Under the pieces are notes generated by a model. It searched no databases. It was not told the DNA's origin and was given only the letters and a program-made list of their open reading frames with translations. A DNA stretch of 14,565 bases from contig CAYYJM010000097.1 of NCBI GenBank assembly GCA_964471755.1, positions 1 through 14,565 of the forward strand, written 5' to 3'. This document shows positions 1-8,348 of the stretch, piece by piece (the stretch's first letter is position 1; each line of letters opens with the position of its first letter). Source of the DNA: an uncultured Alcaligenaceae bacterium (GTDB lineage Bacteria > Planctomycetota > Planctomycetia > Gemmatales > Gemmataceae). A program made the position numbers and the translations under genes.

Positions 1-18
1 CGATGAAGAAGTCAGCGA

Positions 19-3000
19 TCAGGGCTCGCTGAGGATCGACGCGAAATCGATGTCCGTCCGAGAGTGCGGCGTGAATTGATCGGTGGCCGTCATCTGGCGG
101 TAGGCGTCCTTGCTGGCACTGCTGAGGTACTCCAACTGCGTCAGGAGGAGGTGAACTCGTTCGTGGTAGAAGATCACGTCCTCACCGCCTGGATGGCTGA
201 GGATCTCCTGACCTTCGAGGGCCTCCTCGGCCAGTTGCTGGAGTGCCTCACCCGCAGAGCTGTTCGGCCGCTCCAGAACGACCAGTTCCTGGACCGCGAC
301 GACACCACTGGACTGGTTCGCCGGCCGGCGCGGAGTGGCCTGCAGGTCTGGTTCGGCCTTCTGAAGGCAGACTTCCACCTCGCCCAGGCGGAGGCTGTTC
401 GAGGTCGTCTGCTGCAAGAACAGGTCGGCGACGCTGGTCTCGGCCAGGTGACCGTTCGCGAAGCGACTGGCCACCTCTAGCAAGCTGTCCTGCACTCCGC
501 GCAGGGGCGTGTTGGAGAGACAGACATTCACCAGGGCCTGGTATTTCTCGCGGATCATGGCCTCGATCTGGTGGTCCAGTTCGAGCAACTGGTCGGGGCC
601 GATCTCAGCGACGATCTTCTCCAGGGCCTCGCTCAGACTCTTGCAGCCTCCGGGCAGGAGGATGCGACCCGCTTCCGGACGCAGGCCGGTCCCCTGGGCG
701 CTGAAGTTGGCCGCGACCCGGCCGGGATGGCTGCTACTGATCACCGGCGTGCCCAGCGCTTCGAGGCTGCGCAGCAGCTCTCCGAGGCGGACTCGACAGA
801 AGTTGACCTCACGGAGTTCGTCGGAAAGATGGCCGCGCAGGGCCAGGAACGTCTGGGAGATCCGGTGCAAGATCAGGCTCTGCAAGCGCACCTTGGGATA
901 GGCACGCAGGATGGTGATCAGCTGATCGGGAGTGTAGTTGAGCTGCTTGCCACGACCGGCCAGGATCTCCTGGAGGGTGTTGTAGCCGTTCTTCGCCTGG
1001 AGGTCAAAATCCTTGCCGAGCGGTTCGTGGTGTTGCAGGATCTGTTCCAGCTGTGCCAGCAGTTGCCGGATGGCTTCCTCGGCCCCGGCCAGGCGGAACT
1101 CCGGCTCCTCCAGCAGGCGGACGGCGATCTCGGTCAGTTTCTGGCTCCACTCGTTCATCAACGACTCGGCCACCGTACGCAGGTAGGTGTCGAAGAGACT
1201 CGACTGGACGTGGAGAGTCTCCTCGCTCGGTTTGCCGAGCAGGCGTTCGAGTTCCTCGACCACCGGCTGCAGTTCGTCGGGCGGGATGTCTGCGGCCGTC
1301 ACCTGGCCCCAGCGTTTGGCCGGGACCGAAGACGCGGCGCGCAGCTGGCGAACCAGGGGCTCGACCACGGCCAGGAGTGCCGTTTCCGGGTCCTTGCCGA
1401 CCTGCTCACGCAACCGATCCTGAAGGCGTTCGAGGAAGGACTCGACCCCGAGATCGCGACGCTGCCATTGTTCCTTGACGACGCTCGTGACGGCTCCGAG
1501 GATCGGCTTGCTATCCTTGCTCATCCAGCGCACGACCAGTTGCATGCACAGGTGGCGAGCGGCCTCGCGGAGCAGTTCACGGCGCGGCCAGGAAAGCCGG
1601 TGCAGGCCGAAGGTCTGAGCGTAGAGTCCGCGTTCGTTCCAGGGCGGACCCGGCAAGCCGGCCCGGCCCAGATCGGCGACCCGACCCAGCGGCGTGCCCA
1701 GATCGCGGAACAGCATCTGGCCGGTCATGTCCTGCAGCTCGCGCGTGCGGACTTCCTCACTCTCGTCCGGCAACGGTAAGAGGATGGTCCGGACGAAGGG
1801 CGGTTCGCCATCGGAGAGGGGAGTTTCGCGTTCGTGGTAGCGGCCGGTGAAGACCGTTCCCGGTGTGGCGAAGTAGCGCAATTCCGTGAGGGCGGCAAAG
1901 GTGTTGCTCCGACGCAGGCGCTCGTCCCAGTTCTCGGGTCCGGGCCGGCCGCGCCGGGAATCGGGAACGAGGAGAACGGCGACGATGTCGGGTTGCTCAA
2001 ACCCGCGCTGTCGGATCAAGGAGCGAAGGACGTAGGCCAGATCGAGAAACATGCCCGAGCCGGTTCCGCCGGCCAGGTTGGCGATCAGGTAGACGCGGGG
2101 CCGATTGGTGCGCAGCCCACAGCCGGTTTCGCTCGCGGCTCGTTGCAGGGCGGCCGGGTCCAGGATGGCGTCCAGCTCGGCGGCCAGGCGGTGAAGGATG
2201 AGCCGGTAATTGTCGCAGAAGGCGAGCCGGCCCAGGGCACGGACGCCGGTGGTCACCTGCGAGCGCGGGATGCGATAGAGCATCTGCTGCGGAATCCACG
2301 TCTCCAGGCTCGGCCGACCTTCGCGCGGTTTGAGGTAGTGGCTGGGCCGATTGAGCGGAGCCAGGAGGACCTCGTTGCTGGACAGGGCCGGCCCGGACTT
2401 GCCCTGGGTCGCCGTCCGGGTGACATCCGGATCGGTGTCGAGCAGAAGAAGCTTCAAGCTGGGGAGGGCGTCGAGGCCACCGAACGACTCGACGAGCCGC
2501 TCACGCAGGCGGCGCAGGATGCCCAGTCCGCTCTGACCCAGACCGATGACCAGGCCGGGGAACAGACAGCCGTCGCCCTTGATCTCTGGCACGGGCTTGC
2601 GCGGTTGATTCCCCGCGCTGCCCGTCAGGGGGGCAGATCGGTGAGCGGCGGTCGCCTGCGCCTCGACGCTCCGCAGTGGGTGGGTGGTCCCCGGGCCGGA
2701 GTCGGGCGGAGAGGACGGACGGTTCGCGCCTGCGATTCGTGTCGAGTCGCTCGGCACGATGGCTGCGGGCTCCGGTCGTGATTCCGCCAGTGTGCCCGTG
2801 GTGGGGACTTCCGAACGAAGCGAGGCCGACGGCTCTCCTTCCTTCAGAAGCTGGACCATTTCCATGCAGGTAGGGAAACGATCCGCTGGCGTCTTGGCGA
2901 GTGCCCGCAGGATGATCGGTTGCTCCCACGAAGGCAGCGTCGCGACGTTCGGCTGACCCTGGAGGTGTTGCAGGATCAACTGGCGGATGTTCGAGCCGGA

Positions 3001-3648
3001 GAAAGGACGCTGGCCGGTGAGCAGTTCCTGGTAGCAGATCGCCAGGCTGTACTGATCGCTGTGTCGGCTGACGATGCCGTCGAACGTTTCGGGAGCGGCG
3101 TAGACGGGCGTGATGCCGCCGGTGACCTTGGTTTCGAGCCCTTCGAGATCCTTGACCAGGCCGAAGTCCGCCACCTTGACGTGGTTGTGGACGAGGAAGA
3201 GATTCTGTGGCTTGATGTCCAGGTGCTGCAACTGGTACAGGCCGTTCATCAGATCGAGGGCCTCGGCCGTCTCCGCCAGATAGCCGAGCAGTTCGTCGCG
3301 GGGGATGCCGGGCAGTCCCTGAGCGCGGCACTCCTTGAAGCGGTCCCAGAGGTTGCGATCGGCCAACTCCATGACGATGAGGAGCTGGCCGTTGATGATG
3401 TCGTAGCGTTCCAGCGACAGGATGTAGGGATGGCGAACGGTCTTGACGCGCGCGAGGGCCTTGAGTTCCTGCTCGGCGCGTTCACCGTCGTCGGTACTCT
3501 GGAGGTCGCCGTAGACGAACTTGATGGCCTTGTGCAGACCGCCGGGGGCCTCGCACTTCCAGACCTCGCCAAAGCCGCCGCCGCCCAGTCGCTCGATGAG
3601 GCGATAGCCAGGAAGCGGTTCGGCGTTGAATTCCAGGCGGGCCGTCAT
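19..3648 (-). CDS. Multidomain protein: N-terminal Hanks-type Ser/Thr protein kinase, Pro/Ser-rich linker, tubulin/FtsZ-superfamily GTPase-like domain, ~500-aa alpha-helical C-terminal region
   Basis: 1209-aa ORF, ATG start at 3648-3646 preceded by GGAGAG SD 8 nt upstream. Kinase motifs: GGGGFGEV (G-loop), AIKF (VAIK Lys), HLDIKPQN (catalytic loop), DFG, AAPE. Tubulin/FtsZ motifs: VIGLGQSGLGIL (T1-like Gly loop, aa ~366-378) and LIANLAGGTGSGMFLDLAYVLR (tubulin signature GGGTGSG plus H4-like helix, aa ~521-542). No internal stops; codon usage consistent with neighbours. Confidence 0.85.
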   Translation of the reverse strand: MTARLEFNAEPLPGYRLIERLGGGGFGEVWKCEAPGGLHKAIKFVYGDLQSTDDGERAEQELKALARVKTVRHPYILSLERYDIINGQLLIVMELADRNLWDRFKECRAQGLPGIPRDELLGYLAETAEALDLMNGLYQLQHLDIKPQNLFLVHNHVKVADFGLVKDLEGLETKVTGGITPVYAAPETFDGIVSRHSDQYSLAICYQELLTGQRPFSGSNIRQLILQHLQGQPNVATLPSWEQPIILRALAKTPADRFPTCMEMVQLLKEGEPSASLRSEVPTTGTLAESRPEPAAIVPSDSTRIAGANRPSSPPDSGPGTTHPLRSVEAQATAAHRSAPLTGSAGNQPRKPVPEIKGDGCLFPGLVIGLGQSGLGILRRLRERLVESFGGLDALPSLKLLLLDTDPDVTRTATQGKSGPALSSNEVLLAPLNRPSHYLKPREGRPSLETWIPQQMLYRIPRSQVTTGVRALGRLAFCDNYRLILHRLAAELDAILDPAALQRAASETGCGLRTNRPRVYLIANLAGGTGSGMFLDLAYVLRSLIRQRGFEQPDIVAVLLVPDSRRGRPGPENWDERLRRSNTFAALTELRYFATPGTVFTGRYHERETPLSDGEPPFVRTILLPLPDESEEVRTRELQDMTGQMLFRDLGTPLGRVADLGRAGLPGPPWNERGLYAQTFGLHRLSWPRRELLREAARHLCMQLVVRWMSKDSKPILGAVTSVVKEQWQRRDLGVESFLERLQDRLREQVGKDPETALLAVVEPLVRQLRAASSVPAKRWGQVTAADIPPDELQPVVEELERLLGKPSEETLHVQSSLFDTYLRTVAESLMNEWSQKLTEIAVRLLEEPEFRLAGAEEAIRQLLAQLEQILQHHEPLGKDFDLQAKNGYNTLQEILAGRGKQLNYTPDQLITILRAYPKVRLQSLILHRISQTFLALRGHLSDELREVNFCRVRLGELLRSLEALGTPVISSSHPGRVAANFSAQGTGLRPEAGRILLPGGCKSLSEALEKIVAEIGPDQLLELDHQIEAMIREKYQALVNVCLSNTPLRGVQDSLLEVASRFANGHLAETSVADLFLQQTTSNSLRLGEVEVCLQKAEPDLQATPRRPANQSSGVVAVQELVVLERPNSSAGEALQQLAEEALEGQEILSHPGGEDVIFYHERVHLLLTQLEYLSSASKDAYRQMTATDQFTPHSRTDIDFASILSEP
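1549..2565 (-). other. Tubulin/FtsZ-like GTPase domain (aa ~362-700 of the 19..3648 protein)
   Basis: T1-like GLGQSG loop and exact tubulin signature motif AGGTGSGM followed by a helix resembling tubulin H4; domain boundaries approximate. Confidence 0.65.
2839..3606 (-). other. Ser/Thr protein kinase catalytic domain (aa ~15-270 of the 19..3648 protein)
   Basis: All Hanks subdomain motifs present in order (GxGxxG, K of AIK, HxDxKPxN, DFG, APE). Confidence 0.85.
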
Positions 3649-3656
3649 GAGGCCGG

Positions 3657-3662
3657 CTCTCC
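3657..3662 (-). promoter_or_regulatory. Shine-Dalgarno-like GGAGAG for kinase/tubulin-like gene
   Basis: Reverse complement of ctctcc at 3657-3662 gives GGAGAG 8 nt upstream of ATG (3648). Confidence 0.4.
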
Positions 3663-3796
3663 AGGTTCAGGTAGCACGACTAGCCCGGGACGACGGACCG
3701 GGGGCGTGAAAGACTCGCGCAACTATAGGTCGCGGTTGAGACGGCCGCAAATTCAGGCCAGCGAGAAAGTCCCCCGGCGAGCGACAGACAGATACA

Positions 3797-4954
3797 ATGG
3801 CAGCAATCCGGAGGGACCGTGTCGTGACTCTGTACGCGCTGTCGATCAAGCAACCGTGGGCCGCCCTGCTCGTGCAGGGCCGCAAGACGATCGAGGTGCG
3901 CCGCTGGACCACGCGCCGGCGGGGGCTGGTCCTGATCCACGCCGCCCGGGTGCCGGACGCGCGGCCGGAAGGCTGGCGGCACGTCGGCCCGGACCTGGAG
4001 TCGGTCGCGCGCCTCAACGGCGGCATCCTCGGCGTGGCCGTCCTTCGCGACGTACTGACCTACCGCACGTCGGCCGGGTTCGTGGCGGACCAGGCGAAGC
4101 ACTTCAACGAACCGGGCTGGTTCGAGGAATCGGGCCTGTACGGACTGGTGTTCGCGCAGGCGGCACGGGTGCCGTTCTATCCGTTCACGGCACAGGTGCG
4201 GTTCTGCCGGGTCGAGGGATTTCCGATGGCGAGCCTGCCGACTGAGTTCCGCGCCCTGGCCGCCGTCGCGGATCGCAGGACGGGGAGCCGGCTGCTGGTG
4301 AGCGTTCGCTCGGCGGCCGAGGCGCGCGCGGCGATCGCCGGCGGCTGTGATCTGCTCGACGCCAAGGAGCCGACTGCCGGGCCGCTGGGTGCCGTCACGC
4401 CGGCGGTCCTGGCGGACATCCTGGCCGAGGCCGGTGGCGTGCCCGTCAGCGCCGCCCTGGGGGAATTGCCATCGTCCGGCCCGCTGCTGGGCGTGCCGAC
4501 CGGGGTGACGTACGTCAAGATCGGCCTGGCCGGCTGGGGCCAGCGCGACTGGCGACGCCGCCTGGCCGAGGTGCGGTCGCCGCGTCTGGTGGTCGCCGCG
4601 TATGCCGATCATGTGCGAGCCGGTTCGCCGACGCCGGAAGCGCTGCTGGAGGCGGCCATCGACCTGCAGGCGGCCGCGTTTCTGATCGACACCTGGACGA
4701 AGGATGGTGGCGACCTGCTCGGAGCCGTGGGCCGGGGTCGGCTGGCGGCCCTCGTCGCACGGGCGCGATCCGGCGCGATGCCGATCGCGCTGGCCGGATC
4801 GCTGACCGCCCCGACGATCGCGGCCCTGGGCTTCCTGGCACCGGACTGGTTCGCCGTGCGCGGCGCGGCGTGCGAGGGTGGACGGGGCGGCGTGGTTTCC
4901 GCCGAGCGGGTGCGCGATCTGACCCGGTTGCTGCACGGCGACACGGAGACGTAG
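3797..4954 (+). CDS. Fusion protein: N-terminal ASCH (PUA-like) domain + C-terminal MfnB-like (DUF556/COG1891, (5-formylfuran-3-yl)methyl phosphate synthase family) TIM-barrel aldolase domain
   Basis: ASCH-like N-terminus: LYALSIKQPWAALLVQGRKTIEVRRW. C-terminal half aligns motif-by-motif to archaeal MfnB: LLVSVRSAAEARAAIAGGCDLLDAKEPTAGPLGA (Schiff-base Lys region DxK), YVKIGLAG, VVAAYADHVRAG, ALAGSL, VRGAACEGGRG. Alternative start GTG at 3824 is in frame and has a GGAGG SD 8 nt upstream; the ATG at 3797 lacks an SD. Confidence 0.8.
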   Translation: MAAIRRDRVVTLYALSIKQPWAALLVQGRKTIEVRRWTTRRRGLVLIHAARVPDARPEGWRHVGPDLESVARLNGGILGVAVLRDVLTYRTSAGFVADQAKHFNEPGWFEESGLYGLVFAQAARVPFYPFTAQVRFCRVEGFPMASLPTEFRALAAVADRRTGSRLLVSVRSAAEARAAIAGGCDLLDAKEPTAGPLGAVTPAVLADILAEAGGVPVSAALGELPSSGPLLGVPTGVTYVKIGLAGWGQRDWRRRLAEVRSPRLVVAAYADHVRAGSPTPEALLEAAIDLQAAAFLIDTWTKDGGDLLGAVGRGRLAALVARARSGAMPIALAGSLTAPTIAALGFLAPDWFAVRGAACEGGRGGVVSAERVRDLTRLLHGDTET

Positions 4955-4972
4955 CCCCTCCGCACCGCTCGC

Positions 4973-6061
4973 TCAGGCCGTCGCCGGGGTCTTCCATCGG
5001 AGCCGATACTGTGCCGGCAGGACGTAGAGCCAGAGCAGGAGGACGGCTCCGGCCGCGAACATCAGGACGCTGCCGTACGCCTCGAAGCCGACCGGCCGGA
5101 CGTCGGCCCGGAGCAACTCGTTGAGCGAGCGATGGATGGCGTAGCCCATCATCATCACCGCCATCACCTGGCCGTCGCGTGTCTTGAACGGCGAGTAGGC
5201 CAGCAGCAGCAGGAACAGCAGGAACATGCTGACCGTCTCGTACAGCTGCGTCGGATGCAGGCCGAGGCTGCCGGGAACGCAGACGACCGGAGCCGGCTGA
5301 CCACGCACCGTCAGTGTCAGCGTCCGCTGATCGCGCGGCCAGAGACGCGGATCGAACAGGGCTCGGGTCAGTTCGTCCACGCTGCGGACGTCGCGGTCGC
5401 CGACCTTCTCGATGATCTGCCCGGAACGCAGACCGGCGGCCTGATCGATGCGGACGCCGCCGGTCACTTGCTGTTCTGGCGGAGCGACCGTGAAGCCGGC
5501 CGCGGTCTGGATGCCGGTGCCGATGAGTTCCTGCGTGGCCGGGGCTCCGAGCGGAAACGACACGGCCAGGACGGGAGCCTCGACGGCGGGCACCTGGCCA
5601 TAGCAGCAGCCGTTGCAGAAGCAGCCGATCCGGCCCAGAGCGATGCCCAGGACCAGGGCGGGAGCGAGAACGTCGGCCACCTTGCCCGTGGTGATGCCGT
5701 GCTTGCGCAGCACGAACACGTAGTGGACCAGGTAGCCGAGGAAGCCGCCGATCAGCGAGCCGTAGAGGATGATGCCGCCGTCCCAGATACGCGGCAGCTT
5801 GTAGAGGAAGTCCCAGACGTCGGCGACGTGATCCTGCATGAGCAGGTAGGAGATCCGCGCCCCGAGCAGACCGCCGATGAACAGGTAGATGGTCAGATCC
5901 TGGATGAATTCCTTCTTGATGCCGGCCTTCTCGGCCCGCCGACCGGCCAGCCAGGAACAGAGGAGAAAGGCGATGAAGAGCATGACCCCGAAGCCGTAGA
6001 TCGGGACGCCATCGGGGAACGTCTCGCTCTTGATCGGGATGCGGAAGAGGACCGGGTACAT
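4973..6061 (-). CDS. lgt: Prolipoprotein diacylglyceryl transferase (Lgt) with extended periplasmic insertion
   Basis: 362 aa. N-terminal Lgt pattern (YGFGVMLFIAF...GARISYLL), signature GRIGCFCNGCCYG (Lgt G-x-GN-x-NGE-like loop), HPTQLYE signature, C-terminal TM helices. ~110 aa between the glycine loop and HPTQLYE versus ~45 aa in E. coli Lgt. Confidence 0.85.
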   Translation of the reverse strand: MYPVLFRIPIKSETFPDGVPIYGFGVMLFIAFLLCSWLAGRRAEKAGIKKEFIQDLTIYLFIGGLLGARISYLLMQDHVADVWDFLYKLPRIWDGGIILYGSLIGGFLGYLVHYVFVLRKHGITTGKVADVLAPALVLGIALGRIGCFCNGCCYGQVPAVEAPVLAVSFPLGAPATQELIGTGIQTAAGFTVAPPEQQVTGGVRIDQAAGLRSGQIIEKVGDRDVRSVDELTRALFDPRLWPRDQRTLTLTVRGQPAPVVCVPGSLGLHPTQLYETVSMFLLFLLLLAYSPFKTRDGQVMAVMMMGYAIHRSLNELLRADVRPVGFEAYGSVLMFAAGAVLLLWLYVLPAQYRLRWKTPATA

Positions 6062-6127
6062 GGCATGTTATCCGTTTGTCCCGGCGCTCACGCCCCGGGC
6101 AATTTTCTGTCGCCCCAGCGGGGCATG

Positions 6128-6260
6128 TGTAGGGTGGGCCGAGCGCCAGCGAGAGCCCACCGAGCCCGCTGTGACAAACGATCAGGGGACGTTCCGGCTT
6201 GATTCATCGTTCATCGTTTCCGCCACGGTGGGCTCTCGCTGACGCTCGGCCCACCCTACA
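6128..6260. repeat. 35-bp near-perfect inverted repeat pair (arms 6128-6162 and 6226-6260, 1 mismatch) flanking a 63-bp spacer; each arm itself contains a gtgggc...gcccac mini-hairpin
   Basis: tgtagggtgggccgagcgccagcgagagcccaccg vs cggtgggctctcgctgacgctcggcccaccctaca (reverse complement differs only g/a). Spacer contains tandem catcgtt catcgtt. Lies between the stop of the enolase gene (6301) and the lgt start (6061), both minus strand. Confidence 0.6.
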
Positions 6261-6300
6261 ATTCTGTCCCTGATTACATTGTATGGGCAACGCCACGGCG

Positions 6301-7404
6301 TCACCCGATCTCGACCACCGCCTTGCCCAGGACCTCCCATCGTGGCGTGACACCCAGGCCGGGAGACGTACTCGCGGCCAGCCGACCATTCTGTCTCCGG
6401 GGCGCGCCCTCGGCGTTGGAGACGGTAACGTAACTGTTGAAGTCCGTCGAGGTGAACAGGAACTCCGGCGGCGTGCTGTGAGCCAGGTGCGCGATCGCTG
6501 CCGTGACGATGTCACCGCCCCAGCTGTCCTCCAGCGTCATGGCCAGGCCGAGCGAGACGCACAGATCGCGAGCCTGTCGTGCCTTCGTCAGCCCGCCGAA
6601 CTTGCTGATCTTGATGTTGACCACGTCCATCGCCCGGTCGGCATGGCCGCGCAGCAGCACGTCCACCGAATCGATGTTCTCGTCGAGGACGAATGGATGA
6701 TCCGTGTGACGCCGTACGGTCAGGCACTCCTCGTACGTCCGGCACGGCTGCTCGATGTACACGTCCACGTCGCGCACCGCTCGGACGACTCGCAGGGCCT
6801 CGTGCATCAGCCAGCCGGTGTTGGCGTCGGCGACGAGCCGATCACCGGGCTGTAACTTCGCGGCCACCTGGTGAATGCGCTGGACATCCACGTCCGGGTC
6901 GCCGCCGACCTTGAGCTGAAAGCGGCGGTAGCCCTCGGCCCGGTAGCCAGCGACACGCTCGGCCATCGCCTCGGGAGCCTCCTGCGAGATGGCTCGATAG
7001 AGACCGAAATCCTCGCCGTAGCGGCCGCCGAGCAGGACACAGACCGGCTGACCGGTCGCCTGGCCGAGCAGATCCCAGCAGGCCATGTCGAGGCCGGACT
7101 TGACGTAGGCATGCCCCTGGAGGGCGGCGTCCATCCGGCGATTGAGTTTGCCGAGCTGGGTGGGATCTTCGCCGAGCAGGTGCGGCCCGAGTTCGCGCAG
7201 ACCGGCCCGCACCCCGGCGGCGTAGGCCGGCAGGTAGAACGGGCCAAGCGGACAGACCTCGCCATGACCGACGAGGCCGGTGTCCGTCTCGACGGCGATG
7301 ACGGTGCTGTCGAAGACGGTGATGGCCTTGCCGCCGGACCACTTGTAGCTCCCCTCGGCCAGGGGCAACTCGACACGGTAGGCACGGATACGGCTGATCT
7401 TCAT
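6301..7404 (-). CDS. Enolase-superfamily enzyme, mandelate racemase/muconate lactonizing enzyme (MR/MLE) family (racemase/epimerase/dehydratase; exact substrate unknown)
   Basis: 368 aa by the ORF track (GTG at 7407, then ATG at 7404). Metal ligands in canonical MR/MLE spacing: DANTGW, IEQPC, LDENI. Conserved [13 protein letters not shown] motif (catalytic Lys at end of 6th strand). Second-strand motif FQLKVGG. Start overlaps hflK stop (GTGATG). Confidence 0.85.
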   Translation of the reverse strand: MKISRIRAYRVELPLAEGSYKWSGGKAITVFDSTVIAVETDTGLVGHGEVCPLGPFYLPAYAAGVRAGLRELGPHLLGEDPTQLGKLNRRMDAALQGHAYVKSGLDMACWDLLGQATGQPVCVLLGGRYGEDFGLYRAISQEAPEAMAERVAGYRAEGYRRFQLKVGGDPDVDVQRIHQVAAKLQPGDRLVADANTGWLMHEALRVVRAVRDVDVYIEQPCRTYEECLTVRRHTDHPFVLDENIDSVDVLLRGHADRAMDVVNIKISKFGGLTKARQARDLCVSLGLAMTLEDSWGGDIVTAAIAHLAHSTPPEFLFTSTDFNSYVTVSNAEGAPRRQNGRLAASTSPGLGVTPRWEVLGKAVVEIG

Positions 7405-8348
7405 CACGGCTTCTCCATCCTCGGCAGCAGATCGTCGATCAGGCCGAGTTGGCCCGTCTCCTGCAACTGGCGTAGCACACGCGTGCGCTCCTCACGCCAG
7501 AGTTGCTCCAGGTAATTCGGATTCTTCACGATCGCCTCGACCAGCACGGCGACGCGGGCCGCAAACCGCTCGGCGTTCCGGCGAGCCAGTTCACGCTGCG
7601 TGTAAGCGTAGCTCGCGGCCGATTTCTCGATCCGCTGGGCCTCCGCGTGGGCGGCCTCGACCTGAGAGAACTGCTCCTGCCGCGCTCGCGTCTCCTGCGT
7701 GTGGATGTTCGCCTGGGCGCGCGAGACGCTGTCGAACGCCTGCTTGACCTGCTCCGGCGGAGCCAGGTGGACGACGCGCACATCGATCACCGCAATCCCC
7801 AGTCGATACGGATCGAGCCGACTGGCCAGATCGCCGACGAGGAAGGTCGGCAGCGTGACCTTGCCATCAAGCAGAACGTCATCGACGTTCCGCCCCGCGA
7901 CCCATCCGGCCAGGCTCGACTCGGTAACCCGACCCAGAAGCGGCTCGACCCGCTGGCGTGCGAGGACGTAGTCCTCCAGGCCGTCCTCTGGCACCTTGAA
8001 CGAGACGACGACGCGGACATCGATCAGGTTGTGATCACCGGTGAGCAGCTGTCCCGGTGGATTCGCCGACTCGCCGCGACGCCGGGCGGCCTCCCGGGCC
8101 TCCTCGGTGTTCAGGTCTGGATCGAAGCCGACAGCGAGGGTCTGGATGCGATCGACCGGCACGCGATCGACCTGATCGATGCCCCACGGCCAGCCGATGC
8201 GGAGGCCCGGTCCCGGCTTGAACGGCAGGAACGCACCGAATCGGCGAACGACGGCCCGCTCGCCCGGCCGCACCTCGACGATGCCGGTCAGCAGCCAGCC
8301 GACCAGGACGACGCCGAGCAGGAGGAGGAAGATTCGGCGCACGCTCAC
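7404..8348 (-). CDS. hflK: HflK-like SPFH/band-7 membrane protein
   Basis: 314 aa. N-terminal TM helix ([15 protein letters not shown]) then [16 protein letters not shown]...[13 protein letters not shown] and [39 protein letters not shown], matching E. coli HflK core (ERGVVTRFGK...; LLDVNFQAARPPEEVKAAFDDAIAARENEQQYIREAE). GTG start at 8348 overlaps hflC stop by 4 nt. Confidence 0.85.
   Translation of the reverse strand: MSVRRIFLLLLGVVLVGWLLTGIVEVRPGERAVVRRFGAFLPFKPGPGLRIGWPWGIDQVDRVPVDRIQTLAVGFDPDLNTEEAREAARRRGESANPPGQLLTGDHNLIDVRVVVSFKVPEDGLEDYVLARQRVEPLLGRVTESSLAGWVAGRNVDDVLLDGKVTLPTFLVGDLASRLDPYRLGIAVIDVRVVHLAPPEQVKQAFDSVSRAQANIHTQETRARQEQFSQVEAAHAEAQRIEKSAASYAYTQRELARRNAERFAARVAVLVEAIVKNPNYLEQLWREERTRVLRQLQETGQLGLIDDLLPRMEKP

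Noticed and set aside
1549-2565. Gly-rich motifs interpreted as a Rossmann-type dinucleotide-binding fold instead of tubulin/FtsZ
   Set aside because: The second motif is the full tubulin signature AGGTGSGM followed by an H4-like helix, and the first is preceded by a hydrophobic strand like T1; together this fits tubulin/FtsZ better than GxGxxG Rossmann proteins.
571-4245. Long + strand ORFs (571..1779, 1834..2781, 2920..4245) overlapping the kinase/tubulin-like gene
   Set aside because: Antisense to a gene with strong domain evidence. Translations are Arg/Pro/Gly/Ala-rich low-complexity typical of off-frame high-GC DNA. No recognisable motifs.
3680-4997. Minus-strand ORFs 3680..4936, 4515..4997, 4609..4965 overlapping the ASCH::MfnB gene
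   Set aside because: Arg-rich junk translations antisense/out-of-frame to a well-supported gene.
5132-6202. 356-aa + strand ORF antisense to lgt
   Set aside because: His/Asp/Ala-rich composition without motifs; lgt on the opposite strand has unambiguous signatures.
6128-6260. Inverted repeats as IS element termini
   Set aside because: Only 63 bp lie between the arms and there is no transposase ORF; too short for an IS. A MITE-like element remains possible but unproven, so it is reported only as a repeat/structure.
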